Shown: positions 24,936 through 37,930 of the stretch, in pieces
How positions within the stretch are numbered: position 1 is the stretch's first letter
Layout: the number at the start of each line of letters is the position of its first letter
Position numbers and translations under genes: made by a program
The notes under the pieces: generated by a model
Seen by the model: the letters and a program-made list of their open reading frames with translations, nothing else
Databases searched by the model: none
What the model was told of the DNA's origin: nothing
NCBI GenBank assembly: GCA_951406725.2
Contig: OX597835.1
Span: forward strand, 3,906,001-3,970,000
Length of the DNA stretch: 64,000 nt
Reading direction: 5' to 3'
DNA from: Octopus vulgaris
Lineage: Eukaryota

Positions 24936-25244
24936 CTGTTCAACAATAGAGGCAAGACGACCGAGAGCAATGCCACACTCATCATCTCTTGTGATCACTG
25001 CACTTCCTAGTTTAACCACAACACGTTTGGCATGGAGAAGATCCTGGCGGTAGAGGAAGCTACCAGCACACCGTGCTCCCGAGAGTGTCAAGTTCCGTTT
25101 GGTTATATGTTGGATGTAACTTCGACAAACAGGGGACACATACTGTCGAGTGGAATTCTCTGGATAAACTTGTCGAGCAGTTGAGAGTCGTCGGACAAAA
25201 GCCTGCTGCAAGCAGACAGCTGAAGAAAGTTTCCTTGTGTACAT
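24936..25244 (-). CDS. ALDH18A1: P5CS coding exon 1 (Arg/Ser-rich mitochondrial-type leader + start of kinase domain)
   Basis: MYTRKLSS...[33 protein letters not shown]; acceptor tctttcAG at 25253-25254, 8 nt above the ATG; donor CAG|GTGAG. Confidence 0.93.
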
Positions 25245-25769
25245 GTTTAAATCTGAAAGAGACGAAAATGGAGTAAGTTATGGAGTGAGAGAAACAGAGA
25301 GGATTGTTAGTCAGTAGATTAAAGAAATAGTTCTGAGTTCAAATTCCGCCCAGGTCAACTTTGCCTTTCATCCTTTCGGGGTCGATAAATTAAGTACTAG
25401 TTATGTACTGAGGTCAATGTAATCAACTTAATCCCTTTGTCTGTTTCTGTCAACCAAATCAACTCACAAGGCTTTGGTCAGCCCGAGGCTATAATAGAAG
25501 ACACTTGCACAAAGCGCCATACTGTGGGACTGAACCCGGAACCATGTGGTTCGTAAGCAAGCTACTTACGACACAGCCACTAGGATTTTAGTCGATTATA
25601 CTCTCCCTCCCAACAAAATTTTGTGACTCTGTACCAGCTTAAGAAAGCATCATGTTTTATAATAATAATAATAATAATAATAACGATAATAATAAATTTT
25701 CCAATATAGACACAAGGCCTGGATTTTGTGGGGAGCAGGTAAGTCAATCATATTTACCCCAGTACTTAC

Positions 25770-26105
25770 GTAGCTATGGTGTGACCTCACCTGGAATTTG
25801 CATCACTGGTCTGGAACCCCTATCTTGCCCAGGATATTAATCGTCTGGAAGCTGTTCAGCGACGTGCAACCAAGATAATACCCTCCATCAGGCATTTGCC
25901 ATATTCTGAAGGCCTTACTTCCCTGGGAATGGATACATTGAAACTCCGACGTCTGGCAGCTGACTTGGCAGACACTCATAAAATTATCAACCATCATACA
26001 AACAATAACTCTGAGCACCTTTTCAAACTCCACCTGTCTAACACTCGTGGATATGTTTACAAAGTCAGAAAACAGCACAGCTCCCATGACTTTCGGAAAC
26101 ATTTT
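25770..26105 (+). mobile_element. CR1/L2-type LINE RT C-terminal fragment
   Basis: QDINRLEAVQRRATKII...PYSEGLTSLGMDTLKLRRLAADL...NTRG...RKHF. Confidence 0.85.
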
Positions 26106-26402
26106 ATTTATATATATATATATATTATATTAATTAGAGACAAAACCACTATTATGCAAATCAAACAAAAAAAGACTTAAGCCAATACAAAAAAATTTTA
26201 TATAAATTAAATATAATTAAAAAATTTAATTATATTTAATTTATATAAAATTTTTATGTATTGGCTTAAGTCTTTTTTTGTTTGATTTGCATAGTAGTGG
26301 TTTTGTCTCTAATTAATATAATATAATATTTTACTATAAAATTGGATTCAATCCTAAATCTGATTTTTCCCTGTAAATTTGGATTTATTCCCTAATATTT
26401 AT

Positions 26403-26456
<54 letters not shown>

Positions 26457-27304
26457 ATATATACATATATAGTTCTAATATAAGGATAAAATATACTTCT
26501 AATATAAGGATAAAATTTTTTTTTTTAATTTTATCAGTGGCCAGTATATGAAAAATACTTTTTAAGGTGAAAATTATAAATACAATTATGAATAAGGGCA
26601 AAAGAAAAAATTTCATTGCAAATATGCTGAAAAATAGATGCTAAATTGTCTGACCACATAAAATTTTCACTTATATTATTACACCATGTGTTGAAATGAA
26701 GAAACAAGCTAAAAGAAATCCATAGTTATTCTTGAATCAGTTCCAATTTCTGGATTAATTTAAAAAGGATTCTTCCTTCATCAGAGTGGTGCAATAATAT
26801 AAGCATTTTATGTGGTTACACGATTTACTGTCTATTTTTCAGCATATTGGCAAAGAAAATTTTTTTCTTTTGCCCTTATTTATAATTATCCCTTGTCAAA
26901 GAAAATATTTCTCCAGCGTTCACTATTTTACCCTCATTCTGGTCTAATGACCCTCCATGTTTGTTTTTGTCCGGTTTCCTTGTATGTCTCCACTGTCCTG
27001 TTTTTGCTCCCAGCTTTGACCCTCCATAAATCACAAATTTTATTTCAGTACTTATGAGAGCAACTATCTTCGAAGACTCATATTGTCGTTCAATGCTCAA
27101 AATGAGGAGTACACAGACAGCCGACAACTGATGAAGGGTCGTTCTTTATGTTATTTGTCCTGTTTTCCATTTGTTTCTCTCGTTGTTTGCGTATTTAACT
27201 CATTTGTTTTCGTATTTCATGTTGTTTACTGTTGGTGACATCCTGTACCCATATATGCATGTGTGTGTGTATATATATATATATATGCGCATATATATAT
27301 ATAT

Positions 27305-27341
<37 letters not shown>

Positions 27342-27354
27342 TATATATATATGC

Positions 27355-27386
<32 letters not shown>

Positions 27387-28059
27387 TATTCATATATATA
27401 TATATGTGTGAGTGTATGAATATGCACACACGTGTGTATGTGTGCGTTTGTGGCACCCACAACCACTTGATAACTGGGGTTGGTTTCTTTACATCCCAAT
27501 AACTTAGTAGTTCAGCATAAAATACCGATAGAATAAGTACCAGGCTTTTAAAATATAAGTCCTGGCGTTGATTTCTTCAACTAAAACACTTCAAGGTAAT
27601 GCCCCAGCATGGCCACAATCCAATGACTGAAACAAGTATAGGTAAAAGATATACGTCGTCGTCATCATCATCGTTTTAACGTCCACTTTTCCATGCTGGC
27701 ATGTGTTGGACGGAATTCGTTGAGTGGATGTTCACCTGTTTCCAAGTAAGGTACTGTATCCCCACGACCAGGCATGTTACCGTGGAAGATTGGGAACGAG
27801 GGACACCGTTTTTTATGACGGTGACGCAGTGTCAAGGAAAGGAGACAATAACACCCCACCACACACACACACATTATACATGGTGGGCTTCTTTCAGTTT
27901 CCGTCCAGGCTTTGGTGTACACTTTCATCATATTGTACACCTAACTAGATAGAAAGCTAGATAATTATTCTCTAGAGTGAGAGGGGGAGGAGAGACAAGG
28001 AGACAGACGGACGGACAGACAGTAAAACAGAGATATACACATAGACAGCTACAAAGAGA

Positions 28060-28397
<338 letters not shown>

Positions 28398-29891
28398 TAA
28401 AGATTTGGTTGTCGCGAAACGATCAACTTCTCTTCCGATCGTTGACGGTTTTCTCCGGACCAGCAGCGATTCTGGCCGATCTCTCTCCCCCATCACTTAT
28501 TATTCTTATTTTTAAACTTAAAGTTTTTGAAAAAAAAATAGTCTTTACTAATTTTCTTTTCATTTTTAAATTCTCATTTTCTCTGCGCTATATCGATAGA
28601 GACATTTTAAATGAATTAAGAATAAAGGGTGGAGACCCTTTGCTCGAGTAAGCCAAGTCCTGGGTTGATGTCTCGGAAATGTGTCTTTGTTAAAAAAAAA
28701 TATTTGTTTTTATTTACGAATGGAGAGTTTCTATGATTGAAATAAAACACTGCGTAGGAGTCAGCACTAAAAGCAAAAGTGAGGGGGCAATACACATCTT
28801 GATAAATAAATAATCGAGCTCGACGTGCAAGAAATAGCAGCCAGAGTTCCCTCAAATCACATTTGTATTGTCATTATTTAAAAAAAATTTAAAAAATAAT
28901 AATAATAATGAAATTATTGTATACAGTGCTCAGGTGCACCACAACAATCTAGTCCATAATTTAGATACATTGTCTGAGTAATTTAGATATATTGTGTGAG
29001 TAAAAGACTAGATGGTCATGACTGGAACTTAATTACATTTTACCGTTGGAAGGTAATAATAATCCTTTCTACTTGTAGGCACAAGGCCTGAAATTTTGGG
29101 GGAGGGGGGTAAAGTCGATAACATCAACCCCAGTACTTGACTGACACTAATTTTACCGACCCCAAAATTTGAACTCAAAACGTAAAACCGGATGAGGTAG
29201 AGCTAGCTAAGCAGTCCGGCACACCAACGATTCTGACCACCCACCCACACAACGGTGTGGAACGACAACGTTTAAGTAATCTCCTAGTATAGACAGCTAA
29301 ATTAATATAACAGTTTGATCACAAAATATTATTATACACACATCAAGTACTTTCTGTGTATGACAAAAAGGTTGAGAGAAGCTGGTATCATAACAACGTT
29401 AAACACTGAAATCTTAAATTTCTAAAGAACAATAATATTTTGGCGTGACAAAGAGTTTTATTATCATGAAATAGTCCCGATAGTCAACGTTCTGAGTTCA
29501 AATACAACCATTGGCCGTTCATTCTTCCCAGAACTCTTATAATTCAACTCACATCCGGACTCCTTATAAAAATCGAATCCAGTATTTGAAGTTTCCTTAT
29601 AAATCACCACCGTTGAAGTTGCTGGTTTCTTAATGCGGAGAAGCTGTATATGTATATGCTAGTGGAAACATACATCACCGAGGGCTCAGAGAAAGACCCC
29701 CACATCGAACATTCTAGCCGTGTCTAGCTTATTCAAAAAGGGGTCAAGCTACCCTGACTTTAAAAAAAAACACGGATTTCATTTTCGGTTGATCTCTCTC
29801 TTTCTCTCTCTCTCCACATAACACATATTTAAAAAGACCGTTGGCAGGTGGCTTGATGAATAATGCGTGACTAGATGAATAATGAGTAGTT

Positions 29892-29922
<31 letters not shown>

Positions 29923-30840
29923 AGCCACAGGTAAGCTATGACTAAACCAACCTATGATGAAAGACGTTCCATAAGTGACCATCCTATCTATTTTTAGCAA
30001 TATTTTAAAGATCGTATTTACCTCCCACCACTCTTTTTTAAGGCGGTAAGATGTAGGTGAAAGGAGTTTATAGCTGCTATTTCTAGCAATTCGGTTCAAG
30101 CTTATTATAATTACCAGTAATTAGTTTTGAGTTAATGTTTCATCTCTCCTGGTGCAATTAGAATAAAGATGTCACTAATATATTGATTAGAAGTAGATTT
30201 GATTCGGCCCAAATTAGTAAATCTCTAATAATGGCAGCTTTCATTGTTTGATAGAAAGTTCTAGATGAACTTTCTAATCACATTACGGGTTCGGGTCTCT
30301 GTTGCCACTAAATTCATTAGCCGTATTAATTAATTAATCATAGAGCCATCGAAGGTGTTAGCCAGTAAGTGGTAGCCTGAACTGCTAGAAATAGCAGCAA
30401 ATATCACAAATCACATCCTACAACCTTAGAAAGGCGAGGTGATCACGGCTTGACTGTTTGTGGTGATACAGGTCTGTCTGTCTGTTCAATCAGGATTGAC
30501 CTAGGGCTAAATAACAATAAGAACAGCAGCAACATCATTTTAGAAATTAATGTCGCATCAACCTCCGTTTGTTTTATAAGTTCAAAACGATCGTTAATTA
30601 AGGTTTTCAATTATTTTGTGGGGTTCGTAAATGGAAGCAAAGAATAATAACAACTAGATTTAGTTGGATTTAATATGCCTATATTACATGTATCTGTATT
30701 AATTATTACAACCATTATTGTTGTTTTCGCTCTTCTACTCCATGTAAATCAATTGTAAATTTTCTCTCAAACAATTTGGGTCCTTCAAGTCATTAGAATA
30801 CAATGTATTACTGAATGCATTCAACTGACAGTAATTTTTC

Positions 30841-30907
<67 letters not shown>

Positions 30908-30914
<7 letters not shown>

Positions 30915-31265
30915 ACGGTAAGATAACAAAAGAAAGAAAGAGACCTCAATATTATGTAAATAGAGGGAATTTATCTATAAAATAATATGTTACATTACTC
31001 GATAGTCAAGATAAAACTCTGAGTTTCAGATGCCGAAGTGGAAATCCACAACACCATCTCTTCGGTTATCTGGCTATTTCCGTACATTAGCGGTTCGGCA
31101 AGGGAGACCGATGTAATGAGTACTAGGCTTACAAAGAATAAGTCCTGGGGTTGATTTGTTCGACTAAAATAGCCAGATAACCGAAGAGATGGTGTTGTGG
31201 ATTTCCACTTCGGCATCTGAAACTCAGAGTTTTATCTTGACTATCGAGTAATGTAACATATTATT
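30908..31265. mobile_element. Penelope-like repeat fragment with 99-bp perfect inverted repeat, flanked by (TA)n
   Basis: Arms 30981-31079 and 31167-31265; same family at 45830-46062 and 44770-44935. The Penelope assignment is inference. Confidence 0.6.
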
Positions 31266-32307
31266 GTATATATATATATATATATATAAATCATTCTGTA
31301 ATCAAATCCCATCGACGTTTTGATTTTCATTCTTGCAGGGGTCAATAAAATACTAAATCTAGAACAGGGGTTAATGGTATCGACTGAACCCCTCCCCTCT
31401 AAAATTGCTAACCTTTGTGCCTAAGTTAGAAACAACAGTAATTAATATAATTACGATTAATATTTAAATGATGCCCATTTAATAGTTGACTGAGGCCAGA
31501 TTGGCTTTAAAGCGAAAGTGAAAGTAGATGTTTTAAGAAGAATCAGGAAACTCTTCAAGTTTTCTTTTTTCCGGCAGCAAGAAACAATACAAAAGAAAAA
31601 AAATCGACAGCCACAACATAAAACTCCTTCGGTAATCTCCTTTTTACAAACGATGACATTGCTACTTGCCTTTCTTCGGTTACTTTTTCCGTTTCTTTCG
31701 GTTTTAGTTCAAAAATTAGAAAGTAAATCAAAGTGTGGAATCCATCTCAGGTGAAGAAACATCAAACGAAATAAAAGACCAGCTTCCACCTCAAGTGACA
31801 TGTTTGACATGTGAGTTATCTCCCTTATCTACATCGGTGCACGAAGCCTCAATGCTGATGACGATGATGATACTGATGATGATGATGACGACGACGACGA
31901 CGACGGCGGCGATTTATTTGCTATTGTTAATAGTAAAACTACAGCTCTACTTAACTCATCGATATTTTCCCAAAAAGTAATCCCTGTTGCATTCCCTATA
32001 TTCCATATAGATTTTTGTGTACAGTTTTGCATTGCGTCACATTCGACTCGTCAGCTGTTGACTGGAAATTAAAATGAAATCATTTTTTTCTAACCGCATC
32101 GCTCCTTTGTTGAATGAATTGTAACCGTTGTGTGTTTATATATATATGTTTTCTTATTACCCACAAGGGGCTAAACATAGAGGGGAGAAACAAAGACAGA
32201 CAAACGAATTAAGTCGATTACAACGACCCCAGTGTGTAACTGGTACTTAATTTATCGACCCCGAAAGGATGAAAGGCAAAGTGTTTATATATATATAAAA
32301 GAGGAAA

Positions 32308-32348
<41 letters not shown>

Positions 32349-32399
32349 TTTTACTCTTTTATATCCAAGCTTATGCAGTTATGTAACACACGTTCTTGG

Positions 32400-32700
32400 G
32401 CTAACTTCTAGCTGTTTTGCAATTTCAGAAGCCTTTGAACGGGGTTCGTTTTCCACAATTCTCTTCAAACAGCGAAGCCTCCTTTCCAAGGGCCCAGGTC
32501 AGCCGGGACGAGAATCTGTTGATTCTTTCCTTGGCTTTTGAACTGCACTATAATTCTATTTACAGTAGCAAAAAGAATTTGAAGATTTTTGGCAATTTTT
32601 CGCTGGCAAAGACCAGCCTCAGATTGCCTAACAATACGACCTCTTTGAAAATCTGACAGTTCTGCTGAATTTTTTGTGCATTGCATGGTTACTCTTTGCA
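32400..32700 (-). mobile_element. Tc1-like transposase N-terminal HTH fragment
   Basis: ELSDFQRGRIV...EAGLCQRKIAKNLQI..ATVNRII. Confidence 0.75.
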
Positions 32701-32942
32701 AATGTTTAATATAATGGCACCTGGAACGAAAAAGAATAATTACATTGTGGGTTTGTCTCCCACCATCGATTAACAACTGATGTTGGTGTGTTTATGTTTT
32801 CCGTACATTAGCGGTTCGGCAAGGGAGACCGATGGAATGAGTACTAGGCTTACAAAGAATAAGTCCTGGGGTTGATTTGTTCAACTAAAAGAATGGCCAC
32901 AGTCAAATGACTGAAACAAGTAAAAGAATAAAAAAACATATA

Positions 32943-33165
32943 TACACAAGAGATACTGGAAAGTTCCTGGCTTTAAGGGTATCACGAAAAGTGTGGTTGG
33001 AGTCCCAGCCTTTTGAGTTCTTTTACAGGGATTAGAAAAATTGAAGGGCCACTGCAATAAGCATGCGAGTCTGAGAATGGAATATGCTGAATAAAATCTT
33101 AAGTAACTGATCCACCTATATTTCCTTTTACTCAAAGCCAAGAACTTTTCAGCCCCCCCCCCGTA
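32943..33165. mobile_element. Mariner-type MITE
   Basis: Imperfect TIRs ctggaaagttcctggcttt / aaagccaagaacttttcag. Confidence 0.7.
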
Positions 33166-33186
33166 GATATATGATATATATATATA

Positions 33187-33757
33187 TTGGGTTGTCCGGA
33201 AAGTTTGTGCCGATTTATAGGAGCTTACCTTTCGACTTATCTTAGAACATGGTTGAGTCCATAAAATAGGATTTGACTACACCTCCATTTAGAGCACAGT
33301 TTAAGCTATCTTTTAGTGTAAGGACATTTATGTTCCTATAACCTGTGTTAATTCTGTAACCCTTTAAAATGGAAGATAAGACAATTCATTTTTGGCATTT
33401 GATGCTTTGGGAACCAGACAAAAATTGCTGAAGCTCAGCTGGGATGTATTACCCCACCCTCCATATTCACCAGATATTGCTCCTTTGGATTTCCACTTAT
33501 TCAGGTCTCTGCAGAATAGTCTTAATGGTAAAAATTTCAATTCCTTGGATGACATAAAAAGATACCTTGATGAATTCAATTCTTTGCCAAGAAACCATCT
33601 CAATTCTGGGAAGAGGGTATTTTCAAGTTAAAGGAAAGATGGTGATGCATTGTGCAACAAAATGGTTCATATTTGGTTGATTAAAAATGTAATGGCAAGT
33701 ATTTATTGACCTTTTTCTTTCCTTTAATTATCAGCACGAACTTTCTGGACAACCCAA
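33187..33757 (+). mobile_element. Internally deleted mariner element
   Basis: TIRs ttgggttgtccggaaagtttgtgccgat / atcagcacgaactttctggacaacccaa, TA flanks; transposase remnant LPHPPYSPDIAPLDFHLF. Confidence 0.92.
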
Positions 33758-34351
33758 TATATTTCGATTTTGAATTTGGTTTGCAAGATTCTTTATATGA
33801 GTTTGTGTGTTGAAGCATATTCTGTTGTGTCTGGGCAGAGTCATTTTCTTTCTGTGCCTAATAACGTAACACACTCACCGGTAAAATTTTCACTTCTTTG
33901 TTATTTTTATTTTCCTAAAATTTTCATTGCATCTTCCAACCTTTTCAATAGTCTTGACTCTCAAAGACTATTGAAAAGGTCCCAAGATGCAACAAAAATG
34001 TTAGGAAAATAAAAATAAGAAATAAGTGGAAATTTTACCGGTGAGTTACATTATAAGGCACAAAAAGAAAATTACTCTCCCCAGGCACAACAGAATATAT
34101 TTTTTATTATCTTTTATTTGTTTTAGTCATTAGACTGTGGCCATGCTGGGGCACCACCTTGAAGAATTTTTTGTCAAATGAACTGACCTCAATACTTATT
34201 TTTTCATTCATCCAGCTACTTATTCTATCTGTCTCTTTTGCTGAACTGCTAAGCTACAGGGACATAAACACACCAACACTGGCTGTTTGGCCCCAGGTTA
34301 AAGTAAAAGACACCTGCCCAAGGTGCCCCCATGTGGCTAGGAAGCAAACTT

Positions 34352-34582
34352 CTTATTTCTTTATTGCCTACAAGGGGCTAAACATAGAGGGGACAAAGAC
34401 AGACAAACGGATTAAGTCGATTACATTGACCCCAGTGTGTAACTGGTATTTAATTTATCAACCCCGAAAGGATGAAAGGCAAAGTTGACCTCAGCGGAAT
34501 TTGAACTCAGAACATAACAGCAGACGAAATACTGCTAAGCATTTCGCCCAGCGTGCTAACGTTTCTGCCAGCTCGCCGCCTT
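34352..34582 (-). mobile_element. Full-length SINE family B nested in a decayed family A copy
   Basis: Matches 48683-48917; flanked by aaacttctta on both sides. Confidence 0.85.
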
Positions 34583-35055
34583 AGAAAACTTCTTACCACA
34601 CAGCCACACCCGCACCTATATATATATATATTAGTCATGTCATCAATAAGTTTTTGTGTTTGTAAACAGGACAGGTATAAAGGATTGGTTTCTCCTTAAT
34701 TATTCTTGACTGATAAGTCACCAACCAAACTGCCAGAAAGCTTAATCACACCTAGTGTTGAGTTAACAATCATTTATACAAACTGCTAAAATATAGGACT
34801 CGGTTATTTTCTTATCACAGTTAACAATAGCATCAGTAATATTGACCTGGAAAATATATATATTTATTTTTGTTCTTTTACTTGTTCCAGCGATTGGACT
34901 GGGGCCATGCTGGAGCATCACCTTGTAGGTTTACTTTGTAAATTATATCAACCCCCAGTGGTTATTTTAAGTCTGTTATTTATCATTCTCCATTTGTTGT
35001 ACTCTTTATTTACCTGACCTAAATGCAGACCACTCTTGTACAAACAATGTCTATA

Positions 35056-35430
35056 GGTGCAGGAGTGGCTGTGTGGTAAATAGCTTGCTTACCAACCACA
35101 TGGTTCCGGGTTCAGTCCCACTGTGTGGCACCTTGGGCAAGTGTCTTCTACTATAGCCTCGGGCCGACCAAAGCCTTGTGAGTGGATCTGTTAGACGGAA
35201 ACTGAAAGAAGCTCATCATATATATCTGTACATATATATATTTATATAAATATATATATGTGTGTGTGTGTGTGTGTCTGTGTTTGTCCCCGTCAACTAG
35301 CGGTTTGGCAAAAGAGACCAATAGAATAAGTACTAGGCTTACAAAGAATAAGTCCTGAGGTCGATTTGCTCAACTAAAGGCAGTGCTCCAGCATGGCTGC
35401 AGTCAAATGACTGAAACAAATAAAAGAAAA
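35056..35430 (+). mobile_element. SINE family A, near full length
   Basis: Head, TA/TG tract and tail as in 6391-6800. Confidence 0.88.
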
Positions 35431-35599
35431 AAAAAGAAAAGAAAGAAATGTGAACCACAAACACGAAGGCACACATGCAAACATTGTTAGCTTTGTGGCA
35501 TTTTATATTCAAGTTGTATGTAGGGGTTTATTCATTGTTACAATAGGGTTCAGGATATTTTGGATATGAAGGGAGTTGCTAAGGATTTACTCTTCTCTA

Positions 35600-35945
35600 G
35601 GCACATGGCTCAGTGGTTTAGAGTGTTGGCTTCACAATCATGAGGTAGTGAGTTCAATTTCCAGATTAAGCAGTGTGTTGTGTTCTTGAGCAAAACACTT
35701 TATTTCACATTTGCTCCAGTTCACTCATCTGTAGAAATGAGTTGTGACATCATTGGTACCAAGCTGATTTGTCCTTCGCCTTTCTCTTGGATAACATCGG
35801 TGGCATGGAGTGGTGGGGGTTGGTATGCATGGATGACAGCTGGTCTTCTATAAATAACCTTACCTGGACTTATGCCTCGGAGGGTAACTTTCTAGGTGTA
35901 ACCCCATGGTCATTCATGATTGAAGGGGTCTTTACTCTTTACCCT
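35600..35945 (+). mobile_element. tRNA-derived SINE with central domain gtgttcttgagcaaaacactttatttcac
   Basis: A box tggctcagtgg, B box gagttcaattt; related copy at ~1240-1555 (-). Confidence 0.75.
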
Positions 35946-36333
35946 TCTCTAGCATTGTTCTTAATATTTCTAACTTATAAGGTGGTTAGCTTGCAGAGTT
36001 GTTTGAACTCTGGACAAAATGCTTAGCAATACTTCATCTGTTTTTACATTCTGAGTTCAAATGCTGCCTGAGTCGACTTTGCCTTTTGTACTTTCAGGGG
36101 TCAATAAAATAAGTACCAGCTGAGCACTGGGGTTGATGAAATCAATTTGCCCACCTCCCCTGAAATTGCTGGCCTTGTGCCAAAATTTGAAACCACTATT
36201 TCTAACATGGTATTGTGTGGACTTCCTTTATTGACTAATAAGTAAAGTTACCTTCTAGAGCCATGCTGATTCATAAAGGCCAGTTTCCTGGTTTTATGGC
36301 ATAGATATTCTCCACACTGGTCCATTGCAGGAT

Positions 36334-36560
36334 TACCGTAAATCCTCGAGTATAATCCGCATTTTTTTCCCAAAATTTAAAGGTCAAAATCCCTAGTGCG
36401 TACTATATACGAGGTTAAAAATGAAAGATATTTTCTAAGCAATGTCCGAGTCTCTATTTGCTGTCCGGCAATGTTTATTCAGACGCATTTTGTGATGTCG
36501 GGCGCGAAAATACCTTAAGCTAAACCTGAAAGCAATGAAGTCATAAAAGAATCATCCATA
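36334..36560 (+). mobile_element. Tigger/pogo-like terminal fragment
   Basis: taccgtaaatcctcgagtataatccgc...gcgtactatatacgagg terminal/subterminal inverted motif. Confidence 0.55.
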
Positions 36561-36576
36561 ACTTGCAGTTAGCAAC

Positions 36577-36607
<31 letters not shown>

Positions 36608-36643
36608 TATATATATACACACACATATATATACACATATATA

Positions 36644-37511
36644 CGACGGGCTTCTTTCATTTTCCATCTACCAAATCCACTCACAAGGCTTTGGTCAGCC
36701 CAAGGCTATAATACAAGACACTTGTCCAAGGTGCCATGCAGTGGGACTGAACCCGGAGACATGTGGTTCGTAAGCAAGCTACTTACCACACAGCCACTCC
36801 TATGCCTATTGGCTGGGTTTTATTCAAAAAGATTTCATTATTGAGCTGTTGTTTAGTCCGAGATATGCCATTATTTCACACACACACACACACGACAAGC
36901 TGTAATACCTACAACTTCCACCACAGCCTCCCATCCTGTCCCACCCCTGAGACTAAAAGAAGAAACGCTGCCTCAAGATGCCATGCTGTGAGACTATCAT
37001 TTTAGATATTCTTCATTCCTTCTGTTTTTCCAGGTCACAGAAATCAATAACAACATTTCAAGAAACACAAGCGTATATAAATTGCAATGCACCTACTTAA
37101 CTACAGTCGTAGATCTAATTAACACTTTCTGACGGATGTCATTAGCTCTGACCTGGTCGTTAGTGGCTACGTCAATGTGGAGTGTACCATGAAGTATGTG
37201 ACAGAAACAAAGAAATCAAAATAAAACAACAAAAGCAGGGAAATGTGGTTTGTATGTTGCTCTGCTAATCTTATGTTGCTTGGTTTCACTACTTTGCACT
37301 GGCCAACTATATTGTATCGAATAGACTTAAGAAAATGAGAGAATCTGTACAGGAGTGGCTGTGTGGTAAGTAGCTTGCTTACCAACCACATGGTTCCGGG
37401 TTCAGTCCCACTGCGTGGCACCTTGGGCAAGTGTCTTCTACTATAGCCTTGGGCCGACCAAAGCCTTGTGAGTGGATTTGGTAGACGGAAACTGAAAGAA
37501 GCCAATCATTA

Positions 37512-37562
<51 letters not shown>

Positions 37563-37930
37563 GTGTGTGGTATGTAGCTTGCCACATGGTTCCGGGTTCA
37601 GTCCTACTGCGTGGCACCTTGGGCAAGTGTTTTCTACTATAGCCTCGAACCAACCAACGCCTTGTGATTGGATTTGGTAGACAGAAACTGAAAGAAGACC
37701 GTTGAATATGTATGTGTGTGTGTGTGTGTGTTTATGTTTGTCGCCCCATCATCGCTTGACAACTGATGCTGGTGTGCTTACATCCCCATAACTTAGCGGT
37801 TCGGCAAAAGAGACCGATAGAATAAGCACTAGGCTTCCAGAGAATAAGTCCAGGGGTCAATTTGCTCGACTAAAGGTGGTGCCCCAGCATGGCCGCAGTC
37901 AAATGACTGAAACAAGTAAAAGAGTAAAAA
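36644..37930. mobile_element. Cluster of SINE family A copies (36644-36807 minus head; 37350-37503 plus head; 37573-37930 plus, near full)
   Basis: Sequence identity to the family A consensus seen elsewhere in the window. Confidence 0.85.

Larger units (their letters stand above)
692..25252 (-). other. ALDH18A1: Gene span of delta-1-pyrroline-5-carboxylate synthase (glutamate 5-kinase + gamma-glutamyl phosphate reductase), 14 coding exons, ~786 aa; 5' UTR exon(s) lie further upstream
   Basis: Manually spliced exons give one open frame with P5CS motifs ([80 protein letters not shown]); all introns GT-AG with matching phases. Confidence 0.97.
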
